From assembly GCA_001642005.1 (NCBI GenBank), contig LWCA01000283.1, positions 1-33,900 of the forward strand: DNA of 33,900 bases, written 5' to 3'. Positions within the stretch are counted from its first letter, which is position 1; every line of letters begins with the position of its first letter. The DNA comes from Intoshia linei. Its lineage: Eukaryota; Animalia; Orthonectida. Below are positions 10,554-20,861 of the stretch, piece by piece. A model generated the notes under the pieces. The model did not search any database, had not been told where the DNA came from, and saw nothing but the letters and a program-made list of their open reading frames with translations. Position numbers and translations under genes: made by a program.

Positions 10554-12934
10554 TTATGTTTTTTTGGTTGGTAAACTTGAATTTAGAGATCTTGTAATAT
10601 TGAATGCTTCCAATAATGCTTCTTGTTGATTGTAAATATTGTAATTCATTGAATTTGAGTAAAGTTCTACACAAGGGTCCAAATGCACAATATTTTTTCT
10701 GTCGTGTAAATTAGGAAAATGAAATGTTTCTTTTTCTAGATATTTAGACACCCAATCAAATTCTAAAGCTTTCTCAAATATCAAAGAAAGTGGTTTTAGA
10801 GGATTGTCATATATAATATCTTGGGTTGGATTTTTAAAACAGTTTAAAGACATATCTGATTCTGATACAGATTGTAAAATTAAATTTATTGTATTTTCAT
10901 CTCTCTGTAGAAATTTGTTATTCAAATTATCCTGTTTTTTCAGTTCTTCCGACATGAGTGCTTCTGAAACATTGTCAATTGTTCCTTTAGAATTTTGGTT
11001 AGGATATACGGATTTATATACATGTCCAACATTTGATTCAAACTTAGGCTTGATATTAGATTCGGTTGATTTTGTAGCTTCGGTAGAACGACTTATTAAA
11101 TGACATCTTATATCCTAAAAATTCTAATTATATTAAATTTAAATTAACTAAAAATTGTTACAATACTAAGATTTTATTTATATAATACCTTTAACATTCC
11201 AGTTAGTTTTGTTTGAGCCATTTTCTCCCAATTTTTGAGTGTATCCATAAGATCATTTAAATTTCTCGACATTCTTTGGTATATGATGATACGGCTAACA
11301 TATTGTTTAAATTTTTCCAACGCATCAAAACGATCGAGCCAGGCATACTTGTCTGTTAAATTGAATCTAATGTGACGTGAATCACCAATTTTGAGAGTCG
11401 TAATTGATTCAACCATATCTCTTCGTTCCCTATGATAATGATGCAGAATTGTTTCTTCGTTATTTATATGATCACGACCTGATTTAGGAGAGATATTTCT
11501 AGTTTCTTGATTTGTTTCGTTTAATATTTCTATAAATCTAAAATTTTTAAACATGGTCAGTTCACTTTTTGTTCTGACACATTCTCTCTTTCTAGGAATG
11601 CAAATCGTTTCGAATTGATAGTTTCTTAAATGTCGAAGTTGTTCGGACATTATGTTTTTTTTAAGTTTAGTTGTAAAGTCAGATGAACCAATGCTAGTTT
11701 GCCAGCGTATTTGATTTTTTTGTTCCAATATTTCAATATTTTTGAGATCATACTCAAATTGAATCAATTTTAAAGAGGGGCTTGATTTTTTATCTATGAA
11801 ACTTTTGCTAGTAGAATTTAAAATATTTGATTTTTCAGTGCTATTGTTGGATACGTTAGACATTATGGTTTTCCTATCTTTAACATTGAATGAATCATCT
11901 TTCTGATTGAGATACCGAGATACATGATACGGACAATTGATCAATGAGACGGTTGGAACTTTGTTAATTGCAGTCATTTTTGATTTGGTAATTTTAGTTA
12001 TTTCGAGGTCATAGCTATCATAAATACCCTGTATTTTTCTTTCAGAATTAGAAAATATTGTATTTAAATTGTTGACATCAACTAAGTTGTATTTATACTT
12101 TTTTTTATTATTCAATAGCGATAATTTTGCTTTTTTCAGCATACACGAAGCAAACACTTTGCACAATTTTGGTTTAGAGTTGAATTGTGACGTGAACACT
12201 TCAATCGTGATTGAAATGGATCCATAAGATTTAGGCATATAACTGATATTAATCTTGTGTTCACTATTGGGAAGAATAAATCCTTCTATGGGACGAACAT
12301 CAATACTTGGATTACTAAAATTGTCCGATCGTTTAATAAAGTATTCAAACTCGAACGGAATACGATTTATTATAGTTAAAGTTTTATAAATTTTTGTTGA
12401 TTGATCTTCCGAATTATAGAGTTGAGAGCAACTCAAATGTATTGTGCTTGGAAATTTATTATAATGCAAAACAGGATAAACATGAACGGGGACTACCAGA
12501 TTTTTTTGAGAATGCGACGTTTGTATTTTGATGGCGTCATATACATAACAAAACTCTGATAACAAAAGTTGAATTTTTATTTCTATGCTGAAACCTGGTA
12601 CTAATCGAACGAATTTATTATATTTAATATTGAGACATTGTGATTTTGGTGGAACGACGTGTACTCGTTCTACTGTTCCCGATGTATTAATGAGATGTAT
12701 TGTCCTAATTTGCATTTGATTTAGCTCATAACCATCAAAATGTACTTCATGTGGATCTATTTCAAATATATCATTTGATTTCAAATGATTAAATATTTTT
12801 GTCAATTCCAGGTGGTTAGGTGGTGGTGTTCCCAGCCGTTTCTGAAGACATACTTTATTTTTCACTTTTTGGGCTTCCAGTGCATTTATTTTGAATAATT
12901 TTGTATCTCTATCCGATTCCAGTAAAGGTAGCAT
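10554..12934 (-). CDS. CFAP221: Cilia- and flagella-associated protein 221 (PCDP1), about 768 aa, 2 exons
   Basis: Exon 12934-11189 (PPPNHLELTKIFNHLKSNDIFEIDPHEVHFDGYE, LINTSGTVERVHVVPP, LVPGFS, YVYDAIKIQ, NLVVPVHVYPV, SQFNSKP, EQKNQIRWQTSIG). A 74-nt GT-AG intron 11188-11115 joins in phase 0 to exon 11114-10554, which contains ORF 10554-10955. Confidence 0.85.
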
Positions 12935-13212
12935 TTCGAAAATATATAATGTTGTTTGGTGTTATTATGGATATTGAGTATAAACTAAATTAATGCACTA
13001 CAGATTGATTAAGAGATTGTAATTAAAATTTAGTATACGTATGTATTTTGTACTATCCATTGATTTTTACTTTATCTATATAGCATTATTATTGATTTTT
13101 TTAAGTTACGTTACATATTTTTCAATTTAAACTATTTTATCATTTATATATTAGTTTCATAAAGCCATGTATTCATAATAAAACATTTTTAATAAATTAA
13201 TATTTTACTAAA

Positions 13213-16200
13213 ATGCTTGGCTCGTTGTTCATTACTGTTATTTTAATTTTTGCTTGCAGTTTTGCTACAAAAAAAGAATACAATGAGGAATTATTAAAAA
13301 AAAAAATTATTATAGGTACCTCAATTATAAATATTTCTTTCAAATTATAGGGTGTAATATGAAAGTAATCAAATGTGATGTAGGAGAAACGTGTTACAAT
13401 GGTATAATTTAACTATGATACTCATTTTTATTTTCAAAATAGATAAAATTTTGGGTTATTGTTCGAATGAACCTTTAACGGCACTAGACAAAACTATATT
13501 TGTTCAAAATGTAAATAAGGATGTTCGTTTTATAATCAGGCGTATGAATGACATCGTATATGATCCTGATATTAAAATATCGTTAAAGACATTTCAATGT
13601 ATCATGAGAGTCGTCGTATCGAACTTTCTAAAATACATAAAGTTGCCACAATATTACATTCCTGATAAAGACTGTATTTCCTTATATAAAAGATTTATTA
13701 TTGCATTTGAAAAAAATACGCGAAATTTAAATTCTGATAAAACTAAAAATATATCTGTTCCGTTGAATAGAATTAATGGCAGTGATTTTTACACAGAGCT
13801 CAACAAATATATTAACCTAGTGGACAACCAATATTTGGATAATTTAAGCGAATTACAGAAATACAATACAAAGCCTTGGAGAAAACAGAAACATGAAAAA
13901 AATGCTCTTTCAGATCAATACAGTTTTTGGAATGACGATAGGCAAGGTGGATACAATCATATGGATGAAAATATTGACTCAAACTTTGAAAATGATGAAT
14001 ATCGTTTTATTCCTGTCGGAAATAATAAAATTGAGCAGGATGAAGATTTATATTGGCACAGTTCAAAAAATGGGAATCATCTTCAGACTAAACCAATATT
14101 AAAAGAAAAAACTAAAAAAAATGGTAATAATTATGTGAATTTAGCTAAATTACATTTAGGAACGGATGTACTCAATTTATACAACCTGTCTTCAGATGTG
14201 CTATATGTTTATATCTATCCACCGTAAATTATTTCAATTTAAATCTATTCGACTGTGTCATTGTGCTAATTAACCAAGACGTACATTTGTAACTAATGTA
14301 GATATTAAAAATATCTAAATATAACCTAATAATTTAAAGTTAATTTGATTCATATTTGAATTTAGAATTTTAAATTACAATGATATTGCAAAGATTACAG
14401 TTCGTTTGATAAGATTGTACAACCTAAAAAAAAATGATTTAAAATTTGTGGGGTAACTATATTTTCAATATAAATTAACTTTTCCTAGATTGTCAAACAA
14501 TAATCAAAACATTGAGTATAAAATTATAAACTCTGATTTAAACGTAGGAGATATCTTGAAACTCACTTGTAAAGTTCTACTCATATATATTATATTAGCT
14601 TAGATAATCACGCCAACAAATTCAAAAATATGTTTGGTTATACCATCACATATGTTGGAGGGAAAAAACTAGATCAGAAAAAAGACTTTGGACAAAATAA
14701 AACTTTGAATCAGAGCACCGTCCATATTGGTGGTTATAGTCAAAGTTATGTTATTGTTTTAACCTTGGTGCTAATTGGAATTTTGATGACCATTTTTGCA
14801 TTAGTATTTTTGTGTATTAGACGCAGGTGCGCCATTTCAAAAAAGTTTCACGCAGTAATTGCTGATATGAACTCTAAACCGGCAGGATATGAGTACCAGG
14901 TAATTTCAAATTTCAGTAAATTTAATTTATGTAGGAGCTTTGTCGGGATCAATTCCCGTCAAACAAATATAAATATGTTAAAGTTGATAAAAAAGACATT
15001 CATTCTTCAAAATTCAGCTTGACATCATGGTATTTAAATTTTATTCAAATTGTATTCAAATTTTAATTTAACAGGAATGAGGACAACGTGATAAATGCAA
15101 ATATTGACATAATAACAGCTCACACCGTTTTGGTAATTAAAACGTTATATATTATTGATTTCATACCATAAATATGCTCCCCATTTTTTATGTTTTATAG
15201 ATTTCGTATAGCATTATGTTTTATTAGCTACACAGATAAGAAACACATTTAAATTAATTTTAATTAACAATATATTATAGGCTTATATGGAATCTTACTT
15301 GAATGACGGTGAAAAATTATCAAAAGAATGGGAATTGCTCAAATTATACAAGTCTGAGTACACTCAAATCACCATTGCGTCAAAGCTAGAAAATATTAAG
15401 AAAAATGTGAATCCAATGATTGTTCCATGTAAGATGTTAAATGTATATAATATTGAATTATATCTGTAGACGACCACAACAGATTTTCTTTAAATCAAAA
15501 TAATAATGACAATGGTAATGATTATATAAACGCCAGCTACATAGTAAGCATTAGTAATTCGTATATAATTCGTTTAGACAGATCACGACCCTAGGAGCCC
15601 AAAGTATATAATAACTCAATGTCCCATGAAAGACACTATTGCTCATTTTTGGCAGGTTTTTATAAAAATGTTATTAATATTTATTGTTAAATCAGTACAT
15701 GTATGTATAGATATATAATATTTTAATTAATATGTTGGACCAACATTGTTGGTACATAATGATTTAATATGACACATACAAAATTGTATAAATATTTAAT
15801 ACACTATGATTTACAATGAATTATGAATAATAGTAAGCTGTCTTTATTAAAATTATGAAACATAATTGATGGTGTATAAGGATAAATATTATTATTATTT
15901 TACATTGAAACTTCGTACCAAAATGTGTCCATAATTTTTAATGTAATATAAGAGGGTGGTCCAAACAAATGATAAGTGAGGGCCAAAAAATAAATTTTAC
16001 AAATTTCACGGGCCGCAACATTAAAAAAATTTTAACACAATTATTTCATCAATCTAAGAAATTGAGAATAATTAGCACACAATTAAGCAGAATTATTTTT
16101 AAAAAATTTAAATGAATGCTAGATAATGTGGTAATTATGATATTTCTGTAAACCAATGTTTTTCAAAATGTGCGTCTTGATGCATTTGTGTGTCCAAATA

Positions 16201-18256
16201 AAAATTGAAAATGAGATGTACACCATTTCACAGAGGGTCAAATCAGATTTTTTGTTTATTTTAGAACAAATGTTTTTCTTAAATTATTAAGAATCTGATT
16301 ATAATTCACACAACTTCAATTGCAGATTGTGTGACATATTTACAATTTATACATGCATAGCTCCAATTTAGGTTTAATTGAATTAAAATCAGTAAATCTG
16401 GTTCGAAAATCCACATCAATGTTTTATCATATATTTATTTTTTATTATTTACCCGTTTAACAAAATATATTACTAAACAGTTTTGCGGGTCAAACAATTT
16501 GACCTGGGCGGGCCATGCTTTGTACTACTCTGTACTATCACATACATTTAAATTACCCATCGATAGAAGAATCGTATTATTTATATTAATTTGATAACAT
16601 GGATAACTGAATTAAAAACATGACAGTAAATTTTAGATTATGGGTTTAAAAAAAATTTAACCCTTGACGATGACCATACTAGGAAGAAAATAATTTTGTT
16701 GATCTGTAATCTGTCAATTTTTTAATTATATCCACTTAAAATAATTGTAATAACAACGAAACTGTTACGTAAAGGGAAAATTCTGAATGTATTCGAGTAT
16801 TCTTGCTAAAAAAGATTAATAAAATGTATATTTATCGTCCGTTAAATGAATTATTATATACCGTGAAAGGAACTAAATTTACAATCAGAATCATTAAAAA
16901 AGAGAAATAAGTGTCCCCTACAGTGTAGGGCCTACACATAGTTCGCTCAGTAATTTTATAAATTAATAGTAAAATAAAAAATATCATTATTTGAATATAG
17001 AACTACATACATATAACAACTACAGATGTTGTATAACTATCATATTTTGATACTAAAAATTGGTTTATTATCTCAAAAAATCAATATTGATCAATTACAA
17101 TAAAAATTTATTTATAACTGATTGACAGAAATTATAATATAGATAAATATTTGATTTAATTTAATTTAAAAATTAAAATCTGAAATTATTAAGAGTGGTA
17201 AAGACGTTTATAAATCAGTTCCGTGTTAAATATTTACTTCACTTTTCTTCACTTGGTTACTTCACTTCACTACCTCACATTACATCACTATGCATGACCC
17301 GATCATGAAGCGGTCTACTATTCTAAAAATTTTATTTATGTCAAAATTATAATTTTCTACTGATTGTGACAGGTAATGTGAAATAACCCGACCTTTCAAC
17401 AATATCATCAACATTTTTTTATTTGTATATATGGGCTACAATTTTCATCTAACCAGTTTCACTGTTGACTCTCATGGTCCTGCCATTATAAAAAAATGTA
17501 TAATGTAACTTTTTGTTTACATTAAAACAATTTAGATGGTATGGGAAAGCTACTCTAATTCTATTGTTTGCCTATGCAATCTTGAAGAAAACATATCCTT
17601 TTCAAAATATTGGGTTTCTAACGGCAGCATTTTATTCGGCATTTATGAAGTTTCATTATACAATTAATCAATAATCGAATTATAGATTCATCTTATTTCA
17701 GAACACACAAAAAGAAGAGATTATCTAATACGCTGTTTTTATGTAAAAAATGTAAAAACAAATGAAACAAGGACAATAACTCAATTTCATTATAATTCAT
17801 GGGTGAATAACGAAATACCAAGCTCCAGCAGAATATTTTTAGAGTATAGAAGGTAATCATATAATAATAAATCTAATCTTGCTAGAAAAGTAGAAAAATC
17901 TTGTAAAACGGGGACTAGTCCTACTATCATTCATTGCAGGTAAAGTCAAAATTTAAAAATTGATGAAAAATGTTTAGTAATGGTGCGGGAAGATCTGGAT
18001 TATTTATCTTAATAGATATAGTTATAAACCGAATAATGAAAGGTAATATTGTTCCAGGCTAAAATAATTAATTTTAGGTGTGAAGCAACTTGATATATCT
18101 GCAACACTTGAGCATTTACGAGACCAGAGGAGGAACGTAATAGAAACAAAGGTAAAGCACTTTGTACATTTTTAACTGTTTTAGAATCAATTCGAGTTTG
18201 CATTTACATCAATTGCGGAACAAGTAACTGAAATGATTAATACAATACCAAACTAA
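13213..18256 (+). CDS. PTPRN: Receptor-type tyrosine phosphatase-like N (IA-2/phogrin/ida-1), dense-core vesicle protein, multi-exon
   Basis: Signal peptide MLGSLFITVILIFACSFA; Cys-rich GCNMKVIKCDVGETCYNDKILGYC; transmembrane YVIVLTLVLIGILMTIFALVFLCI followed by RRR; YQELCR; NIDIITAHTVLAYMESYL; PTP domain YDHNR, DYINASYI, ETRTITQFHY, IIHCSNGAGRSG, LDISATLEHLRDQR, NQFEFAF; stop at 18254-18256. Large intron 15656-17535. Co-orthologous to PTPRN and PTPRN2. Confidence 0.93.
15951..16532 (-). mobile_element. Decayed hAT (Charlie/SPIN/GTF2IRD2-like) element in the PTPRN intron
   Basis: Imperfect ends AGAGGGTGGTCCAAAC (15951) and TTTGTACTACTCTG (16532), with GC-rich subterminal GGGCC motifs. Minus-strand transposase remnants at about 16420-16170: DFRTRFTDFNSIKPKLEL and NLQLKLCEL*SD. 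Confidence 0.65.
17236..17290. repeat. Degenerate (CTTCA)n pentamer repeat
   Basis: ACTTCACTTTTCTTCACTTGGTTACTTCACTTCACTACCTCACATTACATCACTA. On the minus strand it reads as (TGAAG)n, possibly a retroposon 3' tail. Confidence 0.55.
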
Positions 18257-18415
18257 TATTTATGTGTACTAAATATGTATCAACATCCTTATTTTATCTA
18301 CAAAGTTTAAACTTGTTGTGTTGTGTTTGTATCAATAATTATAAACAATGTAATTTGTAATAAATGTAAAAATGAGTAAATTAAAACTATATTTAGTAAA
18401 GGTAGAGGTATTAAT

Positions 18416-20254
18416 TTATACATTTACATCGTATTTGAGTTTTAAAGTTTTCTTTAATACAGAAATTTGTGTTCTTAGTTCAGAAATTGCAATGGACTGA
18501 GAAGTAATAATAACTTTTTGTAAATCATAATCTCTTTTCATAGTATTAATGTGGAAAGCTAATAATGAGCATGCGGAGCATTTAGAATTATCAGGTAACA
18601 TTAATTTGGTGCGTCTATCAGCAAAGTGATTAATAACTACATTTTTACTATTGGGATGATCCATTAAGTTACGATTTTCAATTGGTCGAAAACTTTCAAT
18701 GTTTTCTACACCACCAGATGCATGACTTCCATTAATTTCCTTGAGTATAGATTCTATTTTGCTAATATTTGAAGGAGAATGAATAGTGTTTGGTTTAACA
18801 GAAAAGGTATTGGATGAACACAATTTACTGAAATTGATTTGCGATTGAGTGAGTATTTTATTAGAATTCGAATCAAACTCTTCAGTATCAGAGTCAGGTG
18901 GAGGTGTTGTTGATTTGTCAGGTAAAACAGGACCCCTCGTAGACGCCAGAGAAATGTTGGGACAAAATCCTTTTAGTTTTTCAATTCTTTCTTTTGATAC
19001 GTTAATGGGGTTAAGAATTTTTGGAGGATCATTAATTCTATCACGCATGTTGGAGGTCATTTTAGAATATACAAAATAATCTAGTTCGTGGGGTCTGGGT
19101 TTAGTTATATTTTTAATGAAAGAAGTTAAATCTGTTTGATGGGCCGTTGGTGTTGGAGAATATTTTTTATCAAATTTACATTTCTGATTGTTAAGTTGAA
19201 CGAATAGAGAATTTAATGTACCCTTATCCATATTGGGATCTTCAAAAATGAATAAATAATCTCGCCATTTTGAGGATTGAAAACCCCAATGACAAGTGTT
19301 CATTTCAATACAATGTGAATGACACACAAAAGTAATGGGTGAAAAAACTAATTTGCATGTGTCACAAGTAATGCATTTATCTTCAATTGAATTATACAAA
19401 AAGATGTTGAAGGTTCCAATTGCAGTGCCAAAACATTCATGAGTAACTTTAATATTTCCACCATTAATAGTGGTATCGTCTGTAACATTTACATACTCAT
19501 TTTCGTATTTAACAGGAATATTAACATTATAAAATTTGTCACCTTTCGAAAGGTATATAATATAGTGACTTAAAATTTCGGCTTGTGAGAGGGTAAGCAA
19601 AACACAATTTTTAGCATCAGGATCCAGTATTTTGAGCTTTTTAAGTAAATCAAGATATATTTTTGGACAATCATTAGTAATTGTAATGTTGAGTATTCTG
19701 CACACTGCCGCCACATCTGCCATATTAAATTGACATAAAACAGTGTCCAACAATTGCTGAAAGCATATTCGAATTTCTCCTCCAATTGAAAAAGAAACTA
19801 ATAAACATGCTTCTATTTTTGATACATTTAAATTGAAATTATCAATATATGTGGATAAAGTTTTGGTTTCCTCTTTTTCATGAATGTGGTTTGAATCAAG
19901 AAAATCAAATTTTGATTTTTTAGGTTGGTTAGGCATACTTAAATTTCTCTTTCTGCCACAACTCAAATCGATTGCTCCTTGATTGCGCACAGAGTGACTA
20001 GAACTTAAATCATCGTGCATAGACGAACATTTATATTTAACATTCATTTCCGAATTAGATTTGGGAATACTGGAAGATTCTATTTTAATTTTAAAATGTT
20101 TCGATTCTGCATTCGAAGAAAATGACGACACAGAAGATTTAGCATTTGTAAAAGAAGTTGTGTTTGTCGCTTCAGTCATTGTATCGTCATAAATTAGAAT
20201 TTTTGTTGAGTTTTCGGGTTTCGGTAAACCCAATGCTTTCGTCTCTACATCCAT
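18416..20254 (-). CDS. SKI: Ski/SnoN-family Smad co-repressor, 612 aa, single coding exon
   Basis: Dachshund-homology/Ski_Sno domain (LVSFSIGGEIRICFQQLLDTVL), SAND-like Smad4-binding domain (KVTHECFG, CITCDTC, FSPITFVCHSH, TCHWGFQSSKWRDYL), C-terminal coiled coil. Confidence 0.92.
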   Translation of the reverse strand: MDVETKALGLPKPENSTKILIYDDTMTEATNTTSFTNAKSSVSSFSSNAESKHFKIKIESSSIPKSNSEMNVKYKCSSMHDDLSSSHSVRNQGAIDLSCGRKRNLSMPNQPKKSKFDFLDSNHIHEKEETKTLSTYIDNFNLNVSKIEACLLVSFSIGGEIRICFQQLLDTVLCQFNMADVAAVCRILNITITNDCPKIYLDLLKKLKILDPDAKNCVLLTLSQAEILSHYIIYLSKGDKFYNVNIPVKYENEYVNVTDDTTINGGNIKVTHECFGTAIGTFNIFLYNSIEDKCITCDTCKLVFSPITFVCHSHCIEMNTCHWGFQSSKWRDYLFIFEDPNMDKGTLNSLFVQLNNQKCKFDKKYSPTPTAHQTDLTSFIKNITKPRPHELDYFVYSKMTSNMRDRINDPPKILNPINVSKERIEKLKGFCPNISLASTRGPVLPDKSTTPPPDSDTEEFDSNSNKILTQSQINFSKLCSSNTFSVKPNTIHSPSNISKIESILKEINGSHASGGVENIESFRPIENRNLMDHPNSKNVVINHFADRRTKLMLPDNSKCSACSLLAFHINTMKRDYDLQKVIITSQSIAISELRTQISVLKKTLKLKYDVNV

Positions 20255-20861
20255 TGAATTTATTTTCTAAAATATGTATTAAAAATAATTATAATAGCCA
20301 TATACGCTCCAAAATATAATGAAATATTGAGGTGATGTTTCATTTTTTGTTTTTATGTAGTTTTTACATTAAAATAGAACACTAGAGAAAGGAGTAAATA
20401 ACTATTGATAGACAGATATATGTCTACCAAGCAACTACATTCAACCACACTGAAATTGGTTTAAAATGGTTTTAGTGATAGCCAGCTTCGACGTGTAAAT
20501 GGGATGATCTTATTTTAGTAAAGTGTTACAGTGCAAATCTAGCGCAAAAGCAACAATAATAGACAAAAGCAGTACAGCTCCAAGGCGTAACTAATTGCGT
20601 TATATAAAACTGACTAATAATGCACACATTGTTATGCAATAATTTGTATCTACAGAAATCACGTGTGCTAAAATATTGCAATTATTACAACTGTAAATGA
20701 AGTATGAACAAATTGAACCACTGTATATTGAGACGCATTTAATTATCAATAAATAATGGCGTCTGGTGTCTGTAGTTTAGAGAAGCTTCCTATGTGATGT
20801 TATTGATTTGATTTGCAATGTCTGCTATTTATATTTAAATTTTATTTACATGTGTACAATT

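Noticed and set aside
10554-10955. Stand-alone gene (briefly considered a mitochondrial ribosomal protein)
   Set aside because: The frame is open up to an acceptor at 11115 and joins CFAP221 in phase.
12961-12974. RFX X-box-like GTTATTATGGATAT upstream of CFAP221
   Set aside because: The 3' half lacks the AAC core; too degenerate for AT-rich DNA.
16717-16780. piggyBac-like mini element TTAA-CCCTTGACG...CGTAAAGGG
   Set aside because: The right TTAA is missing and the TIR match is short.
16916-16938. Overlapping short palindromes CCTACAGTGTAGG / GTGTAGGGCCTACAC
   Set aside because: Short arms in a repeat-rich intron; no function can be supported.
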